NCBI GenBank assembly: GCA_947491025.1
Contig: CANLIC010000003.1
Location: 114,005-178,004 of the forward strand
Direction of reading: 5' to 3'
DNA length: 64,000 nt
Source of the DNA: Myxococcales bacterium
Lineage (GTDB): Bacteria; Myxococcota_A; UBA9042
The position numbers and the translations under genes are program-made. This document shows, piece after piece, positions 51,192 to 61,700 of the stretch. Position 1 is the first letter of the stretch; every line of letters starts with the position of its first letter. Under the pieces are notes generated by a model. That model was not told the DNA's origin and made no database searches. It was given only the letters and a program-made list of their open reading frames with translations.

Positions 51192-52751
51192 ATGAGGAAT
51201 TGGACTCTTATTGGCCTAGCCTTGGCCATGTGGGCGCTTCTGGTGGCGGCCACTCCCCTCGATCACTCCGGCTCCATCGAGGTCGGTGTGTTCGGCGGCT
51301 ACAACGTCATCTCCGAGGATTCCGAGCTCGGCAATGCCAAGAACCCGGGCAACGTGCCTGAGTCTGGCCTCCTGCTTGGCGGCCGGGGCGGCCTCAACTT
51401 GAACAACGGCCTCGGCGCAGAGCTCGAGTTCAAGTACGTGCCGACCGACTACAGCAACGGCGGCGGCGCGGCGCCGATCATGGGTTTCCGCGGCAATGGT
51501 CTCGTGCACTTCGGCGTCATGGGCCACCGGCTGCGGCCCTTCCTTCTCATCGGCGCTGGCGGCGAGTACCTGAGCCGCGCCAATGACTTGAAGGGCGACG
51601 ACGCCACCGTGACCGACGTCGACTTCGAGTGGCACCTCGGCGTCGGCGCCAAGTACCACGTGCTCGACAACCTGCTGCTGCGACTCGACGCTCGCTACGT
51701 CAACATCGCCGGCCGCAACGACCTCACCAGCACCAACCTCGAGTTCATGCTCGGCGTCTCCTGGTGGATGGAGGGCAAGCCCGCCGACACCGACGAGGAC
51801 GGGCTGGCCGATCGCGACGACAAGTGCCCGGAGCAGGCCGAAGACAAGGACGGCTTCGAGGACTCCGACGGCTGCCCGGAGGCGGACAACGACCAGGACG
51901 GCATCCTCGACGCCGCGGACAAGTGCCCGCTCGAGGCCGAGGACAAGGACGGCTTTGAGGACGCCAATGGCTGCCCCGACCCGGACAACGACGGCGACGG
52001 GGTGCCGGACACCGCCGACAAGTGCCCCATTCAGGCGGAGGACAAGGACGGCTTCAAGGACGAGGACGGCTGCCCGGACCCGGACAACGACGGCGACAGC
52101 GTGCTCGATGGCGACGACAAGTGCCCGAACCAGGCGGGCGTCAAGGAAGAGGCCGGCTGCCCTGTGCAGGACAAGGACAAGGACGGCATCCCGGACAAGC
52201 TGGACAAGTGCCCAGATCAGGCCGAGACCTTCAACGGCATCGACGATGAGGACGGCTGCCCGGACAAGAAGTCGCTGGTCGTGATCACCGAGACCGAGGT
52301 CAAGATCTTGCAGAAGGTCAACTTTGAGACCGGCAAGTCGACCATCAAGTCTGACAGCTTCGAGCTCCTCGACACGGTGGCGTTGGTGCTCAACAAGCAG
52401 CCGCAGATCAGCAAGATCATGACCGAGGGCCATACCGACGACGTGGGCGGCGACGACGCCAACTTGGCCTTGTCGCAGGGCCGCGCTGAGGCAGTGCGCA
52501 ACTACCTGATCGAGCAGGGCGTTGCCAAGGATCGGCTGGAGGCCAAGGGCTACGGCGAGACCGCCCCGCTTTGCCTGGAGGTCGCCACGTTGGCCAAGGA
52601 CAAGGCTGCCGAGAAGAAGAACAAGGCTGCGCTCGCCGTCTGCCGTGAGCAGAACCGCCGCGTGCAGTTCAAGATCTTGGAGATTAACGGCAAGGCAGTC
52701 GAGGCCACCGAGACGGTGACCATCAAAGAGAAGAAGGAAGTGACCGAGTAG
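51192..52751 (+). CDS. OmpA family protein with beta-barrel and thrombospondin type-3 repeats
   Basis: Signal peptide, 8-strand barrel-like region, DKCPxxAEDKDGFEDxDGCPDPDNDGDG repeats, EGHTD, NLALSQGRA and NRRVQF. Confidence 0.92.
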   Translation: MRNWTLIGLALAMWALLVAATPLDHSGSIEVGVFGGYNVISEDSELGNAKNPGNVPESGLLLGGRGGLNLNNGLGAELEFKYVPTDYSNGGGAAPIMGFRGNGLVHFGVMGHRLRPFLLIGAGGEYLSRANDLKGDDATVTDVDFEWHLGVGAKYHVLDNLLLRLDARYVNIAGRNDLTSTNLEFMLGVSWWMEGKPADTDEDGLADRDDKCPEQAEDKDGFEDSDGCPEADNDQDGILDAADKCPLEAEDKDGFEDANGCPDPDNDGDGVPDTADKCPIQAEDKDGFKDEDGCPDPDNDGDSVLDGDDKCPNQAGVKEEAGCPVQDKDKDGIPDKLDKCPDQAETFNGIDDEDGCPDKKSLVVITETEVKILQKVNFETGKSTIKSDSFELLDTVALVLNKQPQISKIMTEGHTDDVGGDDANLALSQGRAEAVRNYLIEQGVAKDRLEAKGYGETAPLCLEVATLAKDKAAEKKNKAALAVCREQNRRVQFKILEINGKAVEATETVTIKEKKEVTE

Positions 52752-53111
52752 GCTGCGGAAGATGGCACGCCGACCGTCGCGGTCTTTGCGGCGGTCGGCG
52801 CCTCTCCGCTGGCCCGACTCCGTCACGCCCGCAGCGCAGCGGCCGTCCAAGTTCGCTGCCGCCAGTCCACACCGACAACTCCAGTCTGCGCGCCTGAGCG
52901 CTCCCGCCTCCCGCGCCCTTCTGCCTGGCGCTCTTCAGCTGGCCAGGCCTTTGGGCCTCTAGGTCATTCGCGCTCGCTGCGGCCATCGCCCCGCCGCGAT
53001 CGGTTCGTGCCGCCTTCTCGATGACGCCTTCCCATGCCGTCGCCGATTGCCGTCCGCGGCCAAGACAACTACGCTGCCGCCGCGCTTCAACGGGCGCAGT
53101 GGAGCCACCAG

Positions 53112-54242
53112 ATGCCGAGCACCTTGACCCAGCTGCGCGAGCAGTTCGACGGCCTGCAGCAGCAGTACTACCTCCATTTCGCAGGGCAGCCACGCGTCAC
53201 CCGCAACCTGGAGATGATGCGGCAGATGGCGGAGCGGGCGAGCGCGTTGCGCAGTGAGATCGCGACTTTGACCGAGAGCGAAGCCCGGAAGGAGGCGCTG
53301 AGCTTGGCCGCGGAGCGACTCGACCTCTATCGAGGCGAAGTGGCGGCCATCGATACGGCACGGGTCGAGGTCGGCGATCGCGGCGTTGAGGCGGCTTGGT
53401 TGGGGCAGCGCGCCAATCATGTCTTTCACCGCTACCGTCGGCACTTCGCCGGGCGCTCGCGCTCTGGGCGTGACCTGTCCATCTTGCAAGAGATGATCGC
53501 CGACCTGGAGGCGATTCGCAGCGAGATGGCGACGCTCGGCAACGGGTGGCGGAGCGATCAGCTGACCCGCGATCGCGAGATCGTCGACAACTTCCACGGC
53601 CTGTTCCGCCAGGAGGTGCGCGAGATCAAGTCCGCGCGCGATGGCGCCGAAGGTGAGCAGGCCGAGTCGTTGCTGGCGCAGTTGGCGAACGACCAGTTCG
53701 AGATGTACCGCCTTCACTTCGCCGGCCAGCCACGGGTGAGCCGTCGTCCCGAGCTGCTGGAGCGGATGTGCGGGAACCTCGAGGCCATTTTGTCGCGGAT
53801 GCAGGCGCTGCCCTCGCAGGGCTTCCATGGCGCGCACAACCCGCAGAACGCGCGCATCGTCAGCGAGCGTCAGGCGGCGTGGCGGGCCGAGTTGGAGGAG
53901 ATCCGCCAGATTCGCACCAAGACCTCGCTGGGCGAGATGGTGTCGCAGCTCGGCCGCGCCGCAGAGGTGGTGCTGGAGGTCTACAATGAGCGCTTCGCCG
54001 GTCAGGCCCGTGCCAGCCGCGATCTCAGCCTCCTCTGCGGTCTCTGCGACCGCCTTGTCGATCTGGAGCGCCAGATGGAGACGATCGGGCGCGTCCAGAC
54101 CCTGGTCGACAACGAGCGCAACCTCGAACTCGTGCATGACTTGATGCACATGCTGGAGGCCGAGTACGACGAGATCGCCAAGGTGCAGCAGGCGGGCGCA
54201 GCGGCCTCGCCCGGACCGGCAGGGGCGCCGTCGGCGTCTTGA
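53112..54242 (+). CDS. Hypothetical helical protein with four ~90-aa HFAGxxR repeats
   Basis: GGAG RBS and ATG 53112; the motif recurs at 53175, 53442, 53715 and 53991. Confidence 0.75.
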   Translation: MPSTLTQLREQFDGLQQQYYLHFAGQPRVTRNLEMMRQMAERASALRSEIATLTESEARKEALSLAAERLDLYRGEVAAIDTARVEVGDRGVEAAWLGQRANHVFHRYRRHFAGRSRSGRDLSILQEMIADLEAIRSEMATLGNGWRSDQLTRDREIVDNFHGLFRQEVREIKSARDGAEGEQAESLLAQLANDQFEMYRLHFAGQPRVSRRPELLERMCGNLEAILSRMQALPSQGFHGAHNPQNARIVSERQAAWRAELEEIRQIRTKTSLGEMVSQLGRAAEVVLEVYNERFAGQARASRDLSLLCGLCDRLVDLERQMETIGRVQTLVDNERNLELVHDLMHMLEAEYDEIAKVQQAGAAASPGPAGAPSAS

Positions 54243-54319
54243 AGAAGGCTCGCTGACCGAGCGCCTGACTGAGAAAACTCTCGAGCGCGCGACAAGACCG
54301 CAGCGCAGGAGCACGGCCC

Positions 54320-55507
54320 ATGAAGCAGGAGTTCGCGGCGCGGGTGGCGGCCACCCTGGCGGAGATCGAGGCGGCGGGCACCTTCAAACGGGAGCGCCAA
54401 CTGCTCTCGTCGCAGGGCGCAGAGATCCAGGTCGAGCGCGGCGAGGTCCTCAACTTCTGCGCCAACAACTACCTAGGCCTGGCCAACCACCCCAGGCTGC
54501 TCGCGGCGGCTCATCAAGCGCTCGCTGACCATGGCTACGGGCTGAGCTCGGTGCGCTTCATCTGCGGCACCCAGGACATCCACAAGGCCTTGGAGCGCGA
54601 ACTCGCGGCTTTCCTGGGCATGGAAGACGCCATCCTCTATTCGAGCTGCTTCGACGCCAACGGCGGTCTCTTCGAGACGTTGTTGGACGCTGAGGACGCC
54701 ATCATCTCCGACAGCCTCAATCACGCCTCGATCATCGATGGCATCCGCCTCAGCAAGGCGCAACGGTTGCGTTGGAACCACGGCGACCTCAGCGATCTCG
54801 AGGCGCAGCTGCAGGCTTCGTCGTCGGCGCGCACGCGCCTCATCGCCACCGACGGCGTTTTCTCGATGGACGGCGACATCGCCGACCTCGCGGCGATCTG
54901 CGACCTCGCCGATCGCTACGACGCGCTGGTGATGGTCGATGACAGCCACGCCACCGGCTTCGTCGGACGCACCGGCCGCGGCTCGCCCGAGCATTGTGGC
55001 GTGCAGGGCAGGATCGACATCCTGACCAGCACGCTCGGCAAGGCCCTCGGCGGTGCATCCGGTGGATTCGTGGCGGCGAGCGCGGACGTCGTCGCCCTGT
55101 TGCGCCAGCGCTCGCGGCCGTATTTGTTTTCGAACACCCTCGCGCCCGTCATCACCGCCACCTCGCGCGAGTGTCTGCGCATGTTGAGCGAGACGACCGC
55201 GCTGCGCGACAAGCTGGAAGCCAACACCGCGCAGTTCCGCGGCGCGATGGAGGCTGCGGGCTTTGCGATTCGTCCCGGTGTGCATCCGATTGTGCCGATC
55301 ATGCTGGGCGAGGCGCGCCTGGCGTCGGCGATGGCGGACGCGCTCTTGGGTGAAGGCATCTATGTGATTGGTTTCAGCTTTCCCGTCGTGCCCCGCGGCC
55401 AGGCGCGGATCCGCGTCCAGATCAGCGCGGCCCATTCGCCGGAGATGGTGGAGCGGGCGGTGGCCGCCTTTGTCCGTATCGGTCGCCAGCTCGGGGTGAT
55501 CGCCTAG
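54320..55507 (+). CDS. kbl: Glycine C-acetyltransferase (2-amino-3-ketobutyrate CoA ligase)
   Basis: [44 protein letters not shown] and RSRPYLFSN motifs. Confidence 0.95.
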   Translation: MKQEFAARVAATLAEIEAAGTFKRERQLLSSQGAEIQVERGEVLNFCANNYLGLANHPRLLAAAHQALADHGYGLSSVRFICGTQDIHKALERELAAFLGMEDAILYSSCFDANGGLFETLLDAEDAIISDSLNHASIIDGIRLSKAQRLRWNHGDLSDLEAQLQASSSARTRLIATDGVFSMDGDIADLAAICDLADRYDALVMVDDSHATGFVGRTGRGSPEHCGVQGRIDILTSTLGKALGGASGGFVAASADVVALLRQRSRPYLFSNTLAPVITATSRECLRMLSETTALRDKLEANTAQFRGAMEAAGFAIRPGVHPIVPIMLGEARLASAMADALLGEGIYVIGFSFPVVPRGQARIRVQISAAHSPEMVERAVAAFVRIGRQLGVIA

Positions 55508-55761
55508 ATCGCCATGATTTCAGCGGAATCGGGTCGCGGCGTGGCCGTGGCCGCATTGACCGAGACCCTGCGCGATGGCGCTCACACCGCCGAGCGCGTT
55601 CACGTCTGAGCCTCGTGTCCGCGGTCATCTCGGACAAGCCAGTCCTGGGCCAAACGCAACGAATCCGGTGGCAGCGAAGTTCAGGCGCGGCGCTGCGACG
55701 CGCAGCCTAGCGCGCGGCCGCGGCGAGCGCAGAGCGCGTGATTGCGCCACTCATTCTACTT

Positions 55762-58700
55762 CTACTTGCAGGCAGAGGACTGCCAGGACTTGCCGCTCTT
55801 GGCGCCCGCGCAGATCTCGCATCCCTTGTCCGGATTGACGGTCCCGTCGGAGTAGCACTTGCCGCCGATGCTGCAGGCATTGCTGGTAATTCGAACGGTG
55901 CGTAGGCGGTGGTTGGCGGTGTCGCTCACGATGAGGTCGCCATTGGCCAACGCGAGGACGCCGAGGGGCGAGTTGAAGAGCGCCACCGAATTGTTCCCAT
56001 CCTTGTAGCCAGCGCCGCTGCCCGCCGCGGTGGTCACGATGCCGCTCTCGATCTGGCGGAGGCGGTGGTTGCCGAGCTCGACCACCCAGACGCGGCCGCT
56101 GCCGTCGACATCAATGCCCCACGGCCGGTTGAAGCGGGCATCGGTGGCGGCGCCATCGCCAAAGCCTGCGGTGAGCCCGGCGAAGGTGGTGACCGTGCCG
56201 TCGGGCAGCACGCGCCGGACCCGGTGGCCATCCCACTCGGTGACGTAGAGCGTGCCGGCGCCATCGACTGCGATGCCGATGGGGTACTGGAACTGCGCCA
56301 CCGCGCCCTTGCCATCCTTGTAGCCATAGCTCGAGCCGGCGAGCGTCGTCACCGTGCCGTCGGCCGCGATCGCGCGCACGCGGCTGTTCGCAAAATCCGC
56401 CACGTAGACCGTGTCCGCAGCGCCCACCGCCAATCCGATCGGCTGATTGAGGCCTGCTGCGCCGCCCTTGCCGTCCCCAGCACCAGGCGTGCTGCTGCCC
56501 GCGAGGGTCGTCACGACGCCATCGGTCGCCACGACGCGCACCCGGTGGTTGAAGCGGTCGGCCACGACCACTGCGCCTGAGGACAACACGCCGACGTCGC
56601 TTGGCGTGTTGAACCAGGCCTTGGCTCCGGCCGCGTCGACGAAGCCGGCGGTGCCCGACCCGGCGATGGTGGTGACCTTGCCATCGGAGTCGACTTGCCT
56701 CACGCGGTGGTTGGTCTGGTCCGCCACCCAAAGGGTGCCGGTCACATCCAGGGCGATGCCGATGGGCGCGTTGAAGCGGGCGTTGACGCCGGCAGCGTCG
56801 GTCCAGCCAGCCGTAGAGCCGGCCAGGGTGCCGACGATGGTGGTGCCAGCCTCCGGCTTGCAGGCCGCGTTCACGCAGATTTCGCCGATGGTGCAGACGT
56901 TGCCGTCGTCGCAGGGCAGGCTGTTGGGCGCGTGCTGGCAGGCATTGTTGACGCAAGCATCCGTCGTGCACGGGTTCTTGTCGTCGCAGTGGCTCGCGAG
57001 ATCGCACCAGCCCTTGCAGCCGATGATCTTGGTGAACGTGCACGCGCTCGTGCCGGTGTCGCAGGCGTCGGTGGTGCAGTCGTCCTGGTCGTCGCAACCC
57101 ACCGGTGTACCGGCGCAAGAGCCCGATTTGCAGGCGTCTTTCTCGACGCACAGCTTGCCGTCATCACAAGAGGCCCCGTCTGCGAGCGCCGAGAAGTTGC
57201 CGCTGTCCTTATCGCCTAGGCACGCCTGGCAGCTCGAGCCTGCCTTGGTCCAGCCGTGGCTCCAGCAAGCGCCGTTGATCTTGCAAGGCGTGGCCGTGGC
57301 TTGGGCCGAGCGGATTCGGTGGTTGCTGGCGTCGACAATGTAGACCAGACCGCTGGGGAGGCTGGCCAAGCTGCGCGGCGTATACAAGTGCGCTGACAGT
57401 CCCTCGCCGTTGACGTAGCCGGCGACGCCGCCGCCCGCCCAGTCCAGGACATTGGCGTTGGAATCGACGCGGCGCACCCGCTGGTTGTCGGAGTCCGCCA
57501 CCAGCAGCTCGCCGGTCGGCAGCCACAGCACATCCCAGGGCCTGTTGAAGCGCGCCTTCTGGCCTTGGCCGGCGAGGTACCCGACGCCGCCATCGCCCGC
57601 GATGGTGACGACCTGACCCGTCGCGCTCACCTTGCGCAGCCGGTTGCCACCATGCTCGACGAAGTAGACGGTGCCGTCCGGACCCACGTCGAGGCCGATG
57701 GGGCCGTTGAGCACCGCTGAGGCGCCTTGGCCGTCGGTGTGGCCGGCTGAGCCGTTGCCAGCTACGGTTGAGACCAGCGAATTAACGAGATCCAGCTTAC
57801 GGATCCTGTGGTTGCTGTAGTCGGCGACGTAGACTACGCCGCCTTGGGAGAACGCGACGCCGTACGGATTGGCGAAGCGCGCTTGCTGCGCCGGCCCGTC
57901 GAGGAAGCCAGCCGTGCCGCCCGCAGCGGTGCTGACGCTGGTGCCGTCGACGAGACGCACGCGCTGGTTGCCGAGGTCCGCGACGATGACCCGATCGCTC
58001 GAGTCGGCGTCGACGTCGGCTGGCTGGTTGAAGCGCGCGCTCTGCGTGTCGCCGTCAATGAGGCCCGCCACCGAGCCGGTCCAGGTCGAGACGATGCCGT
58101 CCGCGCTGATGAGGCGCAGCCGATGGTTGCCGCGATCCGCGATGACCTGGACGCCCGAGCTGAGGACGGTGACGCCGCCTGGGCCGTTGAAGCGTGCCTG
58201 ATTGGCCGCGCCGTCGGTCTCGCCTTGTCCGATGCCGGCTTGTAGTTCCACCCAAACCGCCGCGCCGGCCTGGCACTTGGCGCCCTTGCAGGCATCGCCC
58301 ATCGTGCAGCTGTCCCCGTCGTTGCAGGGCAGGCTGTTGCCGACCCACACGCACTTGTTCTTGGCGCAAGTATCGGTCGTGCAGGGGTTCTTGTCGTCGC
58401 ACTGCGGGTCCGTCTCGCAGTATTCGCCGCAGCCGACGATGACCTCGAACAGGCAGCCACCGGTCTTGGCGTCGCAGCTGTCCTTGGTGCAGCTGATCTT
58501 GTCGTCGCAGGCCTTCGCTGCGCCCGCGACGCACTTGCCGCTCGCGCAGGCGTCTTGCTGGGTGCAGGGTGCGCCGTCTTCGCAAACAGCGTTGTCAGCC
58601 AGCGTCGTCCACGCCTTGGCGTTGGCCGCGAAGTTGCAAGCCTGGCAGATCGCTGCGGGGTTGCGCAGGCCGTCGCCGATGCAGACGCCGCCAATGTTGC

Positions 58701-61700
58701 AGGTCGTCCCGCTCTCTTTGAGCCGGCGAATTCGATGGTTGGCCCAGTCCGCGACCAGCACAGTCCCGTCGGCAGAGACCTCGAAGCGCCAGGGCTGGTT
58801 GAGGCGCGCAACGGTCGTCGCCTCACCGTCTAGGATGCCGCCAACCGTGCCGGCGAAGGTGCTGACCGAGCCCGCAGTCGAGATGGCGCGCAGCCGGTGG
58901 TTGTAGCGGTCAGCGACCAGGACGCGGCCACTGCTGTCGACGCCGATGCCCCATGGGTAGTAGAACCGGGCATTTTGTGCGGCGCCATCGACCAGACCCG
59001 CGATGCCGCTGCCGGCGAGGGTCGTCACCTCGCCATCGGCGCTGACACGCCGGATGCGGTGGTTCTCGTAGTCAGCGACCAGCACGCCCCCACCTGCCAG
59101 GGTCGCGACGTCGATTGGGTAACGGAATTGGGCTGCGGCGCCCTTGCCGTCGGCGTAACCGATGCTGCTGCCGGCGAGCGTGGTGACGGTACCGTCCGCT
59201 GCGACGCGACGAATGCGGTTGTTGCTGAAGTCGGCGACATAGGCGCCGCCGCCGGGGATGAGCGACGCGCCATAGGGGTTGTTGAAGCGAGCGACGGTCG
59301 CTGCGCCGTCAGCGTAGCCGCCGCCGATACCCGTCCACGTCGATGTGTTGCCGTCCTTGTCGATGAGACGCAGGCGGTGGTTGCTGAGATCGGTGACGAC
59401 CAGGACGCCGTCCGGGCGCAGTTCGATGTCCGATGGCGCATTGAACTGTGCGGTCTCGCCTTTGGCATCGGTCATGCCTGCGACGCCGCTGCCGGCGAAG
59501 ACCGCCAGCGTTCCAGCCTTGAGGTCGATGACGCGGATGCGATGCTCTTCGCCGTTGGCAACGTAGAGCCGACCATCCGCGCCCGTGACGATCGCCCGCG
59601 GACCGTTCATCAGCGCCTTGGCGAGTGGGCCGTCGAGGCTGCCCTGGCTCACGCCAGCGATGGTCGAGACCTCTGTGCCCTTGCCAGACTTGCAGACGCC
59701 ACCGGCGCAGATGTCGCCCCAGGTGCAAAGATCGCCATCGTCACAGCTCTTGGTGTTCGCGGTGTTGCCGCACTTTCCGCTGCTGCAGGCGTCGTCGGTG
59801 CATGGGTTCTTGTCGTCGCAGTCCTCGACCTTGGCGCAGTTGCCGCCGCAGCCGACGATCGGCGTGAAGATGCAGCCGCCGGAGCCGTTGTCGCACGCGT
59901 CGTTGGTGCACTTGTCGCCGTCGTCGCAGCTCTTCGCGCTGCCCTTGCAGCTGCCGTCGACACAGACCTCCTTGGCGCTGCAGACGTCGTCGTCGAGACA
60001 GGCGCTGCTGTTGGCCAGGGTCGTCCAGTCCGTCGCGCTCTGATTCGGATCGCACACCTGGCACGGGCCCTGTGGGTTGGGCAGGCCAGCCCGGACGCAG
60101 CCCTTGGAGATCGAGCACCACGCTACGCCTCCGCCCGCCCAGAGCCGCCGGAGCCGGTGATTCACCGAATCGGCGACGACGATGCCACCCGTGCTCGGCT
60201 CGACGGCGAGGCCAGCCGGGAAGTTGAAACGCGCCGCCATCGCTGCGCCGTCGAGGAAGCCGGCCGTGCCGCTGCCCGCGACGGTGCTGACCGAGCCGCC
60301 AAGGATGCGACGGATCCGGTGGTTGTTGCGGTCGCTTATCCAGATGGCGCCCGAGTCGTCGACCGCCACGCTGTAGGGCGCGTTCAGCCGTGCCGTCGCC
60401 GCGTCGCCGTCGAGCCAGCCCGCGACGCCAGAGCCGGCGACGGTGGTGACCACATTATCGGGCGAGAGACGGCGGATGCGATGGTTGCCCATGTCGGCGA
60501 TGAAGATGGATCCGTCGGCGTGAATCGCCAATCCGCGCGGCAGGTTGAAGCGTGCGGCGGCCGCTGCGCCGTCGGCGAAGCCCGCCACCGAACCCGCGAG
60601 TGTCGCCACGTTGCCGCCCGCGATGATGCGCAGTCGATTGTTGTTCTGATCGCTGACCACAAGGGCGCCGCCCTTGCGCGCCACCACATCGATCGGCGCG
60701 TTGAAGCGGGCCTTGAGCGCCTCACCTTCGACGTAACCGGCCTGGCCGTCACCTGCGAGGCGGGTCACGACGCCGGCGTAGACCTTGCGCACGGTGTGGT
60801 TGCCGACCTCGGCAAAGTAGACCACGCCCTTGGCATCGACACCGACGCCGTACGGCTGATTCAGAAGCGCGTTCACGCCCTTGCCATCACCGAGGCCGGG
60901 CTGGCCCGAGCCGGCAAGGGTCGTCACCTTGCCGTCGGCGGCGACGCTGCGCAGCGTGTGGGTGAGGGTATCTGCGACGACGAAGCCGCCCGCTGGAAGG
61001 GCGACGATGTCCAGCGGGCTGTTGAAGCGGGCTTTGGCGCCGGCTTCGTCGACCAAACCGGCGGTGCCGTCACCCGACAGGTTGGCGACGGAATCTGCGG
61101 TGGAGGCCTTGCAGGCGCCATTGGCGCAGGCCTCGCCAAAGGTGCACGGCTGGCCATCGTCGCAGGTAGCGCCCGACAGTGGCGACTGGATGCACTTGCC
61201 GAGCACTTTGTCGCAGGAGTCGCTGGTGCAGCTGTTGCCGTCGTCGCAGCTTCCGGTCTTGCCCTGGCACACGATCTTGGCGTTCACGATGGCGCAGGCA
61301 TCGCCCAAGGTGCACGCCGAGTCGTCGTCGCATGTCGCCTTTTCGGGCAAGGCGACGAAGGCGCAGGCGCCGGTCTTCTTGTTGCAGGCGTCGGTGGTGC
61401 ATGGGTTGGTGTCGTCGCAGACCGTCTGGACGCCTGTGCAGGTGCCGCTGACACAGACATCTTTGGTGGTGCAGGCGTCGGTGTCGTCGCAGACCTTGGT
61501 ATTGGTCGCCGAGGAGCACTTGCCGCTGACGCAGCTTTCGTCCGTGCAGGGGTTTTTGTCGTCGCAGTCGCTGGCGTTGACGCAGTAGCCGCCGCATCCA
61601 GCGATCGGCTTGGCATTGCAGGTGCCATCGCCGGGGTTGCAGCTGTCCTTGGTGCAGTCATCGCCGTCGTCGCACTTCTTTGCGATGCCCGCGCACTTGC

